Origin: Bacteroidales bacterium
Lineage (GTDB): Bacteria > Bacteroidota > Bacteroidia > Bacteroidales > UBA932
Assembly (NCBI GenBank): GCA_017848635.1
Contig: JAFIHK010000010.1
Span: 5,539 to 69,538 of the forward strand
Length of the DNA stretch: 64,000 nt
Reading direction: 5' to 3'
Shown: in pieces, positions 28,344-38,429 of the stretch
Layout of the letters: every line of letters starts with the position of its first letter
How positions within the stretch are numbered: the stretch's first letter is position 1
Translations under genes and position numbers: made by a program
Notes under the pieces: model-generated
Told to the model about the DNA's origin: nothing
The model's database searches: none
The model's input: the letters and a program-made list of their open reading frames with translations, nothing else

Positions 28344-29480
28344 ATGACTGGTTTTGAAAAAATATCTGAATCGGCACTTCGTTGCTTCAAGCGGTTAATG
28401 CTTGGCGAGGAGGGGGCTGAAGATTATGAGATCTCAGATAGTGAGAGAAGAATAATCGAAAAGTATTCCGATGAGAGTAGTTTAAACAGAGAGTTAGATA
28501 TATTCAACTCTATAGACTATTCGAAGGCCTATTCAAAATTTTTAAATGCAGTTAGAAAGTCCAAGCGGGAGCGGAGGTCAAAATTGTTCTTAAGAGCAGC
28601 AGCAGGTATTGCTGCCGCTGCCGTAATCGCTGTCGCCTTAGTCATCGGGGGAGTTTTCAGATATAGCGGAGGGGTGACTATTATAAATAAATATGCTGTC
28701 GGTGACAGCAAGAGGGTATTGCTTATAACTCCGGATGGTGAGACATATTCAACTTCCGGAGATATAAAGGTCGAAGGCCAAAAGGTGATTGCCGCTAAAA
28801 GAGATCTGCTCTCCAAAAATGAAACAGAGCCTAGGGTGTCAAAAATAAATGAGTTGATTACTCCCGAAGGTGTCAGGCAAAAGATTACACTTCCCGACGG
28901 ATCGGTGGTTTGGCTCAATGCAGGGAGTTCGCTCAAGTTCCCTTCGGAATTTGAAGATTCTGCCAGGGTGGTTGCACTATCGGGAGAGGCCTTTTTTGAT
29001 GTCACAAAATCTGCAAAACGATTCATTGTAAAGATTGCAAATGCCGATGTAAGGGTTTACGGAACAACCTTTAACATCTCCTCATATAGTAACGCTTCTG
29101 TTTCCAATGTATCTCTCTATACAGGGTCTGTAGGTCTAAGAAGCGAAAGGGGATCGCTGATGCTCTCCCCCGGCTTTTATGCAGAATTGAACAATATCAA
29201 TCTCACTATTTCCGAACCGAAAGAGAACTTTTCAGATTCGCCTGACTGGATGCGAGGCAGAATGGAGTTCTTCTCTCAGCCGCTAAACAAGGTCTTTGAA
29301 GTCATTGGAAGGTGGTATAATATTGATTATGAGCTAATGAATGGCGCCGAAGATCTTGAGGTTACAATAACTATCTCCGATAAAACCAGCCTGGAAGAGT
29401 TGATAGAACTGTTTAAGATGACGCAGAATATTTCGGTATTGCGGAACGACAAAAAATTAATAATTGCAAAGAACAGATAA
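28344..29480 (+). CDS. FecR family anti-sigma factor
   Basis: Central TM helix (AAAGIAAAAVIAVALVIGGVF). FecR-type periplasmic domain (LPDGSVVWLNAGSSLKFP, GEAFFDVTKSAKRFIVK, VRVYGTTFNI). Confidence 0.85.
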   Translation: MTGFEKISESALRCFKRLMLGEEGAEDYEISDSERRIIEKYSDESSLNRELDIFNSIDYSKAYSKFLNAVRKSKRERRSKLFLRAAAGIAAAAVIAVALVIGGVFRYSGGVTIINKYAVGDSKRVLLITPDGETYSTSGDIKVEGQKVIAAKRDLLSKNETEPRVSKINELITPEGVRQKITLPDGSVVWLNAGSSLKFPSEFEDSARVVALSGEAFFDVTKSAKRFIVKIANADVRVYGTTFNISSYSNASVSNVSLYTGSVGLRSERGSLMLSPGFYAELNNINLTISEPKENFSDSPDWMRGRMEFFSQPLNKVFEVIGRWYNIDYELMNGAEDLEVTITISDKTSLEELIELFKMTQNISVLRNDKKLIIAKNR

Positions 29481-29561
29481 AAAAAGATGTAACTGATGTG
29501 CAGATCAGTTACATCCGGAAAACAGATCTGAATAACCTATAATCAAATCTTTAACAAAACT

Positions 29562-32500
29562 ATGAAAAAAAAGCCATTAATTATTAACTGCACCGTAAAA
29601 CTGGCATCATTTCTTCTGATGTTTCTATTGCTCTCTCCCGGGAAAGCCTATGGGAAAGATGTTACAACAGAATCGTCGCAGCAAAAGGTAACCCTCAACA
29701 TAAAAGAGGAGACCCTTACAAATGTGATCCAGTCTATTATCAAACAATCGGGTTGCGAAATTGTTTTTTTCACAGCCCAAACATCTGCGGTCAAGTGCCG
29801 CAACATTTCACTAACCTCCGAAACTGTCGACAAAGCACTTGAGATTGTTCTCAGGGGAACAGGGCTTTCGTTCCGGAATCAAAACGGAAAGTATGTAATT
29901 ATCCAGGCACCTGCCGATACCGGCCAAAAGGATAAACCCGTAAAAGAGATCACCGTATCGGGAAGAGTTACGGACTCTGGAGGAGAGCCCCTTCCTGCGG
30001 TAAATATAGCAGTGAAGGGAACAAAGAGAGGCACAAATACCGATATCGACGGTAAGTACAAATTAAGTGTGCCGGCAACAGGAATCACCCTTCAGTACTC
30101 GTTTGTAGGGATGGAAACCAAGGAGGTTAAAATAGCCGCCACTTCAAATACAACACTGAATATAATACTCAGAGAATCTGAGAATACTCTTAAAGAGCTC
30201 ACATTCGTATCTACCGGTTATCAGAAAATGAACAAACGGGATATGGTTGGGGCTCTTTCTACTATTAAGGCCGATGATGTACTTCGTCCGAATTATGTCT
30301 CTATCGACCAGATGCTGCAGGGGGTAGTTCCGGGAATGATTGTAACAAATTCCAGCGCACGTGTTGGAACCGCACCAACTATTCAGATCCGCGGTACCTC
30401 TACACTTCTCGGAGACTCATCACCTCTTTGGGTAGTAGATGGAATTATTCAGGAGGATCCTATAAAAATCACAGCAGCTACTGTACTCTCCGATGATATG
30501 AAAAATATCATAGGGAATCAGGTTTCCTGGCTCAATCCTCAGGATATCGAAACAATTACCGTTCTTAAAGATGCCTCGTCGACTGCAATATACGGCTCAA
30601 AGGCATCTAACGGAGTCATTGTTATTACGACAAAACAGGCAAAAGGGAGTAGCGACAGACTCACAGTAAACTATACCGGAAGTGTAACGGTAAATGCAAG
30701 ACCAAATTATGGTCAGTTCAATATGATGAACTCCCAAGAGAGAATTCAGTTTTCCGATGAGGTATTTGCCTCTGGAGTCCCATACTCTTCGGTCCCTTAT
30801 TATGACTATTATAGCTATGAGGGAACAAAAAGGCTTCTAATCGAGGGGTATATTAATCAAAGCGAGTTCAATGCAAAGAGAACCTTTTTTGAAACTGCAA
30901 ATACAGATTGGCTTAAACTGCTTACAAGAAATGCGATAAGCCAGAATCACAATATAAGTATGTCCGGAGGTTCAAATAAGATGAGCTTCACAGCATCACT
31001 TGCGTACTCAAACCAACAGGGGCAGGAGATAGGTAACGACTCAGAAAGATACTCCGGCAGATTGGCTACAACTTATAAAATAAGCGAGAGAGCCAGATTG
31101 AATATATCTATGTCGGGAAGTTTTGTGGAAAACACAGGGTTCGGGTATGGTGTAAATCCGTTGAGTTATGCCATAAGCACCAGCAGAGCTATTCCGGCGT
31201 ATGATGAGAACGGGGACCTTGCATATTACCAAAAGTCTAGAACATATAAATATAATACTATCCAGCCTTCTTTAGGGTATAACATTATTAATGAGAGGAA
31301 TAATTCATCTACCAATAGTGTAAATATGAGATATTCGGCAAATGCCGATTTGACCTGTAACATCCTTCCGTGGTTAACTTACAATTTTACCGGCGGATAT
31401 AACTATTCCAGCACCAACCTCTCCACATATATGTCGGAGAAGACATACTATATCGCAAATAACTACAGAGGGTATGACTTCGGAACGGCTCTCCCTGACT
31501 CAGATTTCTTCAAGGCTGCAATCCTTCCTTTCGGAGGGGAGTACTTTACCAATGATTCTAGACAAAATACATATAATATCCAGAATAAATTTTCTATGTT
31601 CTGGAACTTTAAAAATAACAGCAGGCTTAATGTTCTTATGGGGCACGAACTAAGATCTGCCCAGAATATTTCATTAGCCAATACGGTTTGGGGCTACTCT
31701 AAAGAGAGAGGTGAGATAATTATAAAACCGACACTGCCTACCGAACTTGTACCAACTGCAGGTTCTATATATACATATACCGGATACGGGATACTAGATA
31801 ATATATACTCGAACAGATGGAGGAAAACTAATCAGACAAATAATTTTATGTCTCTGTTTGCAACTCTGGCCTACACATTTGACGAGAAATATGTTCTGAA
31901 TGCAAGCATCAGAAATGATTTTTCCAATAGATTCGGTCAGGATGTAAACAGAAGAGTCGACCCAACATACTCTTTTGGAATCTCCTGGAGAGTTGCCGAT
32001 GAAAAGTTTATAAAAAAACATCTTCCACAGATTACTCAGTTGAATATTCGCGCTACATACGGTATTCAGGGTAATGCCCTGACTAACGAGAGTCCGGAAC
32101 TATTGCTCTACAAACAATCTAAAAAGAGTATATTCAATCAATACCACTCGACTATCAGCAAGATCCCAAATCCTAATCTTTCGTGGGAGAGAACTACAAA
32201 CTGGAATCTTGGCGCCGATATTATGCTTTTCAATAAGTTAAGCCTGGTGGTGGATTACTACTCAAGAAGATCCAATGCGGTAATCAGCCAGAATATTCCT
32301 TATGAGTACGGTATCACTTCAACTACCATGAATGGTGGAATTATCTACAACAAAGGTATTGAAGCCACATTCTCGTTCTCTCCAGTAAATACCAGAGATA
32401 AAGGTTTCAGCATAAGCCTTAATACATCTAAGAACTGGAACACGACAGGTCCGGCAATCACCACTACAACCCTTCAACAGTATCTGACAGGAAGGTCCGG

Positions 32501-33188
32501 AGTGATTATCAAGGAGGGATACCCTTTAAATGCATTTTGGTCATACTCCTTTGCAGGACTTGATCCAACAAACGGAAATCCAAAATTCAACCTTCTGGAT
32601 ACCGATCCTGCTTTAGCAAAAGCCGATCCTACATCTTTTCTGGTCTATTCTGGAGAGACATCTCCATCATTTACAGGTGGTATTAATCTGAATTTCAGGT
32701 ATAAATCATTCTCGCTTGGAACAAATTTCTCTATGCTGCTCGGAGGAAAGACAAGATTGGCTAATCCATATGCCGACTTCTCATCGGGCTTAAAGCTCCC
32801 AACAAGCGAGAGTAATGTAAACCGTCTGTTACTTAACAGATGGAAAAAATCGGGTGATGAACTACACACGAATATTCCTTCGATAAATCCTTCAACTACT
32901 GTGCTTACAAGCCTTCCAAACGGCTCTTCCGGCTATCTGGTAGATTTTTGGTCGAATTCGGATGCTCAGGTTGTGGACGCCTCATTCCTTAGATGCAGGA
33001 GCATAGATTTAAGCTGGAGGTTGAAAAAGAGCTCTCTTGATTATCTAGGACTTAAGAGCTTATCAGTTACAACTTCACTGAATAATATTTTTGTGATTGC
33101 ATCAAAAAGGTTTAACGGATTTGACCCCGAGCTAAAAAACAGCGTTTTGCCAAAATCTTTTTCGGTAGCAATATCAATCGGACTATAA
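29562..33188 (+). CDS. SusC/RagA family TonB-linked outer membrane transporter with an N-terminal STN signalling extension
   Basis: STN-like segment (LNIKEETLTNVIQSIIKQSGCEIVF). Carboxypeptidase-regulatory-like domain (VSGRVTDSGGEPLPAVNIAVKGT). Plug motifs (VSTGYQKM, IQIRGTSTL, LKDASSTAIYGSKASNGVIVITTK). 1208 aa in total. Confidence 0.92.
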   Translation: MKKKPLIINCTVKLASFLLMFLLLSPGKAYGKDVTTESSQQKVTLNIKEETLTNVIQSIIKQSGCEIVFFTAQTSAVKCRNISLTSETVDKALEIVLRGTGLSFRNQNGKYVIIQAPADTGQKDKPVKEITVSGRVTDSGGEPLPAVNIAVKGTKRGTNTDIDGKYKLSVPATGITLQYSFVGMETKEVKIAATSNTTLNIILRESENTLKELTFVSTGYQKMNKRDMVGALSTIKADDVLRPNYVSIDQMLQGVVPGMIVTNSSARVGTAPTIQIRGTSTLLGDSSPLWVVDGIIQEDPIKITAATVLSDDMKNIIGNQVSWLNPQDIETITVLKDASSTAIYGSKASNGVIVITTKQAKGSSDRLTVNYTGSVTVNARPNYGQFNMMNSQERIQFSDEVFASGVPYSSVPYYDYYSYEGTKRLLIEGYINQSEFNAKRTFFETANTDWLKLLTRNAISQNHNISMSGGSNKMSFTASLAYSNQQGQEIGNDSERYSGRLATTYKISERARLNISMSGSFVENTGFGYGVNPLSYAISTSRAIPAYDENGDLAYYQKSRTYKYNTIQPSLGYNIINERNNSSTNSVNMRYSANADLTCNILPWLTYNFTGGYNYSSTNLSTYMSEKTYYIANNYRGYDFGTALPDSDFFKAAILPFGGEYFTNDSRQNTYNIQNKFSMFWNFKNNSRLNVLMGHELRSAQNISLANTVWGYSKERGEIIIKPTLPTELVPTAGSIYTYTGYGILDNIYSNRWRKTNQTNNFMSLFATLAYTFDEKYVLNASIRNDFSNRFGQDVNRRVDPTYSFGISWRVADEKFIKKHLPQITQLNIRATYGIQGNALTNESPELLLYKQSKKSIFNQYHSTISKIPNPNLSWERTTNWNLGADIMLFNKLSLVVDYYSRRSNAVISQNIPYEYGITSTTMNGGIIYNKGIEATFSFSPVNTRDKGFSISLNTSKNWNTTGPAITTTTLQQYLTGRSGVIIKEGYPLNAFWSYSFAGLDPTNGNPKFNLLDTDPALAKADPTSFLVYSGETSPSFTGGINLNFRYKSFSLGTNFSMLLGGKTRLANPYADFSSGLKLPTSESNVNRLLLNRWKKSGDELHTNIPSINPSTTVLTSLPNGSSGYLVDFWSNSDAQVVDASFLRCRSIDLSWRLKKSSLDYLGLKSLSVTTSLNNIFVIASKRFNGFDPELKNSVLPKSFSVAISIGL

Positions 33189-33204
33189 TTTAAATAGCAT
33201 TAAA

Positions 33205-34713
33205 ATGAAAAAAATACTTTATATATCGATTATTTTGATTGTAGCCTCTTGCTCAAAATTTTTGGAACCGCAATCTCAAACCGAGTATGTGCCTAGGGAT
33301 ATCAATGCCCTTAGTGAATTGCTAATCGGGGAAGCCTATCTGGACCCTACCAATACAGCTTTTTCTGCATTCGGGTATAATGAAATACTCACTGATGATT
33401 GGGCTTGCACGATTGAGAATTGCGTAAATACCAATAATGAATCTAGATATACAAAATACAAGGCTATTTTCGCATGGCATCCTGATATGTTTAAATTGTC
33501 AAATGATCTAGGAGTGTATTATAATATCTGGAAAACCTATTATGAGTATATATTGGGTTGTAATGCCGTACTGGATTATCTTGATAAAGTCGAGGGAAGC
33601 ATAGATGAAAAGAATTATGTTAAGGGTCAGGCACTTGCTCTTCGATCATTCTATTATTTCAATCTGGTAAATCTATTCGGGGAGCCCTATAATTACAATA
33701 AAAAAGCACTGGGAGTTCCATTGAAACTCAACAGTAATCTGGATGTAAACTACCCTTCACGAGCTACTGTAGAGGAGGTATATACACAAATGGTAAAAGA
33801 TCTTAATGAGGCGGAGGCAGCTTTTAGTTTACTGCCGAATAATAAACAGTTCATCAAGGACGGGCGTGTTACTATGCCAATGATCCAATTGATGCAGGCT
33901 AGAGTTGCCCTGTTTATGGAGGATTACGACAAGGTCATTACATATGGAAATAAGGTGATCAACGAATGGGGTCTTAAACTATTGGACCTCAATTCATTTG
34001 TTTCAACTCCGGCTCAGCCATACTATTCATTTACCAACTATAGCAATCCTGAGGCAATATGGCTTTTTGGATGTAGCCAAGATATGTACAAGTTTACGAC
34101 AGAGTATATCTATAAATTGCCAAACTCAACTTCTCAGACAAGGAGAATGTTCAATGCGTCACCATCGCTTTTGAACTCTTTCGAGACCTCCGACCTGAGA
34201 AAGAACAACTACATTCTAAAGGAGAGTACTACGGTTTCCAACTATGTTCCGGCAGGAAAACTTCCTGTAGGTACTACATATCTTGCCCTATCTACAGAGT
34301 TCGGACGGGCATTCAGATTATCTGAGGCGTATGTGATGCTTGCAGAGGCTTACTATATGAAAAACAGACCACAGGATGCAGTTACGATTCTGGAGTCTTT
34401 AAGAATCAAGAGGTTTAATTCAAATTCCGGGAATGAGTATAAAGTTCCTTCAGGAAGCGAAACGGGAACAGCTCTATATAACTTTATAAAATCGGAGCGC
34501 CGTAGAGAGATGTGTTTTGAAGGACTTAGATGGTACGACCTGAGAAGATGGGGAATGGAGAGCTTTTCACGTGAGTGGAAAGAGGAGGGGGTTGTTGTTG
34601 CAACCTTTACTATGGAGAAGAACGACCCGGCCTATACGCTGCCAATACCGTTCGATGTGATTGATCTAAATCCGAATCTGGTTCAAAACAAATTATCAAC
34701 TCCAAAATATTGA
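33205..34713 (+). CDS. SusD/RagB family nutrient-binding outer membrane lipoprotein
   Basis: Lipobox LIVASC and C-terminal SusD signature ERRREMCFEGLRWYDLRRWG. Positioned directly after susC. Confidence 0.9.
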   Translation: MKKILYISIILIVASCSKFLEPQSQTEYVPRDINALSELLIGEAYLDPTNTAFSAFGYNEILTDDWACTIENCVNTNNESRYTKYKAIFAWHPDMFKLSNDLGVYYNIWKTYYEYILGCNAVLDYLDKVEGSIDEKNYVKGQALALRSFYYFNLVNLFGEPYNYNKKALGVPLKLNSNLDVNYPSRATVEEVYTQMVKDLNEAEAAFSLLPNNKQFIKDGRVTMPMIQLMQARVALFMEDYDKVITYGNKVINEWGLKLLDLNSFVSTPAQPYYSFTNYSNPEAIWLFGCSQDMYKFTTEYIYKLPNSTSQTRRMFNASPSLLNSFETSDLRKNNYILKESTTVSNYVPAGKLPVGTTYLALSTEFGRAFRLSEAYVMLAEAYYMKNRPQDAVTILESLRIKRFNSNSGNEYKVPSGSETGTALYNFIKSERRREMCFEGLRWYDLRRWGMESFSREWKEEGVVVATFTMEKNDPAYTLPIPFDVIDLNPNLVQNKLSTPKY

Positions 34714-35687
34714 TTATGAAAAATATAAATAAATATATTATAATTGCTGTTGCATCTCTGTTGACACTATCCTGCTATAAAGAGGATCCGATTATTCCGT
34801 CATCTTCTGAGGGCTCCGATCGATTTACCTTTCCGCAGGGAAGCAGTGACTTCGATTCAGAAGCGGCCAAGGTTTATGATAAATTTGGAGTAAAGATCAT
34901 CTATAAGGACTACAAGGATGTTGATTTTAACCTTTCGTGGACCTCTCCGGGGTTTGGGAAAGTAGGATACGCTATTCCTCAGGATCAGCAAAAAGAGGCT
35001 GTAATGTTTGCTGTTGACCATATTTTCGGAAACCTTACACCTCAAATTACTAAAAAGGTACTCCCTCCATACTTCTATTTGGCAGATAGCGTTTATCAAA
35101 AGACTGTTGTGAGCTACCTCGAATATATTTCTGCAACAACTTACAACTATGCGGGGCTCGATTTCTGGTGTTTCACCTGGAATGGAGTTAGACCTTGGAC
35201 CAAAAACAACAGTGATGGAACGATAACATATAGCAATCAAGTTTATAGACCAAGAAACTCATTCGAATATTTTTACCGTAGAGGAGTTATGTTAAAAGAG
35301 ATCTACAAGAAAGCGGTAACAATGGGTAACATCAAGGTTCCTGAGGGTTTCAGTTCCGATTTGGATTTTGTTACTGCAGTAAAATCTGCAACAGGAACTG
35401 AGAATGATCCGAACTACTATTTGAAAAGAGGTTTTCCGGGTATTATGAATTCTGCTTTAAACTTTAATCTTAGTAAGCTATCTTCAATAACCAGTACAGG
35501 GCCTACACAAATCTTCATAGACTATATTCACCTATGTATGAGATATTCAGCAGACTCTATTGAGGTGATTTGTCCTAAAGCAAAATACCCTATTATACAC
35601 CAAAAGTATCCTATCGTAATAAATTATATGAAGGATAAATATGGAGTGGATCTTGAAAAAATATCAAAAAAACCGCAGATTCCTTAA
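34710..35687 (+). CDS. surface lipoprotein of unknown function (PUL-encoded)
   Basis: Lipobox LLTLSCYKED. The start overlaps the susD stop (ATGA). I recognise no HExxH or other catalytic motif. Confidence 0.6.
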   Translation: MIMKNINKYIIIAVASLLTLSCYKEDPIIPSSSEGSDRFTFPQGSSDFDSEAAKVYDKFGVKIIYKDYKDVDFNLSWTSPGFGKVGYAIPQDQQKEAVMFAVDHIFGNLTPQITKKVLPPYFYLADSVYQKTVVSYLEYISATTYNYAGLDFWCFTWNGVRPWTKNNSDGTITYSNQVYRPRNSFEYFYRRGVMLKEIYKKAVTMGNIKVPEGFSSDLDFVTAVKSATGTENDPNYYLKRGFPGIMNSALNFNLSKLSSITSTGPTQIFIDYIHLCMRYSADSIEVICPKAKYPIIHQKYPIVINYMKDKYGVDLEKISKKPQIP

Positions 35688-35690
35688 TAA

Positions 35691-36689
35691 ATGAAAAAAA
35701 TATTGACACTATTGGTGCTCACCGCTATTGCGGGGGGCAGTGCGACAGCTCAATTCCGACTAAATTGTAAGATAAGAGTTATAGGCTCCGTAAACATCAC
35801 GCTTACAAATCTTAACAATGATACTCTATTTAATGGAGTTGTAAAAAACGGAGAGGAGTTTACTTCAGGGGCGCTTGATATAAAGGAGGATCTCTACAGA
35901 CTTAGCATAGGAATGATAAAGAGAGATGTGATTCTTAGTAACTCTCCTATCCAGATAAAGGGTTTCGTAGATGCAAAAAATGAGAGTACATCAAATATTC
36001 AAATTATGGGTTCCCCTCTGTCGGATAGTTTGCATAATGCTTTAGGGCTATTTAAGAACTGGGGAAGAGGTGCCTGGGATTGGGCTAGGATTGAAAATAG
36101 ATTCTCGCCGGAGGTTCTCTCCTCTGTAGTAGTGTTGAATGATCATCACTTCGCTCAGAAGTATGAAGTACTTAAAATGCTGAATGATAGCTACTCATAT
36201 GAGACTAAAAGAAATCTGCTCAGCGGTAGAATAAGAGAGCTATTTACGACTGCCGATAATTTTAAGATAGGAGCAAAGTCAACTGATTTTACACTTCCTG
36301 ATAGAGATGGTGTAAAACACTCCACTTCACAAATGAGAGGGAAGCTGATTCTCGTTGATTTCTGGGCCTCTTGGTGTGGTCCATGCAGGAAGGAGATGAA
36401 GAGCCTTCAGTCAATTTATGAAGAGATTAAGGGAGACGACCTCATATTCATTAGTATATCACTGGATGATAAGAGGGAGGATTGGATCAAAGCTATGGAT
36501 ACAGATAATATTCCCTGGCTGGCTCTATGGGATGACAGCGGTTTCAAAAACACCAAATTTCAGAAACTATATGGCTTTTCTCAGATACCATTTATAATGC
36601 TTATAGGAAAAGATGGTAAGATATTGGCCAGAGGATTAAGGGGAGAAGATGTAAAAACAGAAATTTTAAAAAACAGAGATATTAAATGA
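35691..36689 (+). CDS. TlpA/AhpC-TSA family thiol:disulfide oxidoreductase (exported)
   Basis: Signal peptide. The C-terminal thioredoxin fold has LILVDFWASWCGPCRKE and the conserved IPFIMLIGKDGKI motif. Confidence 0.85.
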   Translation: MKKILTLLVLTAIAGGSATAQFRLNCKIRVIGSVNITLTNLNNDTLFNGVVKNGEEFTSGALDIKEDLYRLSIGMIKRDVILSNSPIQIKGFVDAKNESTSNIQIMGSPLSDSLHNALGLFKNWGRGAWDWARIENRFSPEVLSSVVVLNDHHFAQKYEVLKMLNDSYSYETKRNLLSGRIRELFTTADNFKIGAKSTDFTLPDRDGVKHSTSQMRGKLILVDFWASWCGPCRKEMKSLQSIYEEIKGDDLIFISISLDDKREDWIKAMDTDNIPWLALWDDSGFKNTKFQKLYGFSQIPFIMLIGKDGKILARGLRGEDVKTEILKNRDIK

Positions 36690-38425
36690 AAAAGGTTTTA
36701 ACACTATTTATAACATCAATAGCAGTAATCAGCCTGAATGCGCAGGTAACTCCTGAGGATTATGCAAAATCAAATCTAAAAAAGGGGAGCTGGTACAAAA
36801 GTGCACCGGAATCTGGCGTCTATGGGATTGACCTTGATGGGGCAAAGAGATTGGTTAAAGATAGGAAGATAAAAAAGACACCAATTGTAGCCTTGATAGG
36901 AAGTGGAATTGATGCCGAACACGAAGCACTTAAGGGCTCTTTGTGGTTCAATCCGAAGGAGAAACCGGACGGGATCGATAATGATAATAACGGATATATC
37001 GATGATATCAACGGTTGGAACTTTATAGGGTCGAAAGATGGAGCCACAATGGATTATACAACTAAGGAGGGTATTAGAGAGTGGTTGAGGCTTAAGGATA
37101 AATATGCCGATCTATTATTTGACGGAGAGAAATTCTTTAAATATGTGGATGGTAAGCGTCAATACTTAACCACTCCTGTTGATATGAATGAATATAAATA
37201 TTTTTATAATCTTGTTCTCAATAATAATGCTCCTGTTGCAAAGACATATGCGGGATTTGTTGTGGCATCTATGTTTAAAGAGTATGTGGAGAGATGGAAT
37301 GTTGAGTTGAAGGAGCGCTTCCCGAACAAAGCTATGACCGAAATTTCACTGGAAGATTTCAAACAGTTTATGGGAGAGAAGAGTATAGAGAAGGACTCTC
37401 TCCAGAATCTTGCTTTTGCATTCAGTCATATGTACGGAAGTATGGTTAAGGGATATATGAAAGAGAGCGCTGTTGACTCGAGTTGGAAGATGATCTATAA
37501 TAATTTTGCAAATAAACAGATAGGATTTTCTCTTAAAAACTATGAGAATGAGTATAAGAGAAGCGTAAATGACAACAGAGCAAGTATTGTTGGGGATAAT
37601 CCAAATGATATTAATGATTATAGATATGGTAATAATGTTCTCATGACCTCTGCATCGATGTCCGGGACTATGAACTCCGGAATTATTGCCGGAAAGGATG
37701 TAAATAATACTGGATTTTCAGGGATCTTTCCGGAAGCAAAGATTATGACATTAGTGACTACTGCTGTGGATGGAGAGCCTTATGTAAAGGATTTGGCTCT
37801 GGCTGTAAGATATGCTGTGAAGAACGGTGCTGACATAATTCTTTTGCCATTCCAGTTATCGTTCATTCCTACAGACAAGATGGATTGGCTCTATGATGCA
37901 ATTGGTGAAGCGGAAAAGCGTGGGATACTGGTTATTGCCCCTGTATGGGAAGCAGGAGAGGATCTTGCGGTTAAGAAATACTATCCATCAAAAGATGGAT
38001 ATAAGGGCAAAGCATTTAAGAATCTAATGATTGTTGCCAACTCCGACTCTACCGGTATCCCTATTCAGCTCTCCAACTATGGAAAAGAGGGGCTCGATTT
38101 ATTTGCGCCGGCTCATCTTATCTACTCGACACTTCCGGGAGATATATACAAAACTGCTTCATCATCTTCATTCGGGGCTGCTGTAACTGTCGGTTCGGCT
38201 GCATTCTTAAAAGCATACTTCCCCGAACTTAACGGAGCTCAGATTCGGGAGATTCTTGTAAAGAACTGTACCGATAGAAAAGGTGTAGAGGTTGAAAAGA
38301 GTATTAGAATTAAAGATAATTTAGAGAAAGAGATTTTTATTTTCGAACAACTGTGTGAATCTGCGGGTATTCTTAATCTTAAAAAGAGCGTGGAGGCTGC
38401 ATTAAATTTTAAAGTGAAGAAATAG
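36686..38425 (+). CDS. subtilisin (S8) family homologue with substituted catalytic residues (probable pseudopeptidase)
   Basis: S8 scaffold motifs are retained (VALIGSGIDAEHEAL, DNDNNGYIDDINGWNF, SGTMNSGIIAG, SSSFGAAVTVGSAAFL). The positions aligned to Asp32 and His64 read Gly and Ser. Confidence 0.7.
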   Translation: MKKVLTLFITSIAVISLNAQVTPEDYAKSNLKKGSWYKSAPESGVYGIDLDGAKRLVKDRKIKKTPIVALIGSGIDAEHEALKGSLWFNPKEKPDGIDNDNNGYIDDINGWNFIGSKDGATMDYTTKEGIREWLRLKDKYADLLFDGEKFFKYVDGKRQYLTTPVDMNEYKYFYNLVLNNNAPVAKTYAGFVVASMFKEYVERWNVELKERFPNKAMTEISLEDFKQFMGEKSIEKDSLQNLAFAFSHMYGSMVKGYMKESAVDSSWKMIYNNFANKQIGFSLKNYENEYKRSVNDNRASIVGDNPNDINDYRYGNNVLMTSASMSGTMNSGIIAGKDVNNTGFSGIFPEAKIMTLVTTAVDGEPYVKDLALAVRYAVKNGADIILLPFQLSFIPTDKMDWLYDAIGEAEKRGILVIAPVWEAGEDLAVKKYYPSKDGYKGKAFKNLMIVANSDSTGIPIQLSNYGKEGLDLFAPAHLIYSTLPGDIYKTASSSSFGAAVTVGSAAFLKAYFPELNGAQIREILVKNCTDRKGVEVEKSIRIKDNLEKEIFIFEQLCESAGILNLKKSVEAALNFKVKK

Positions 38426-38429
38426 AGTT

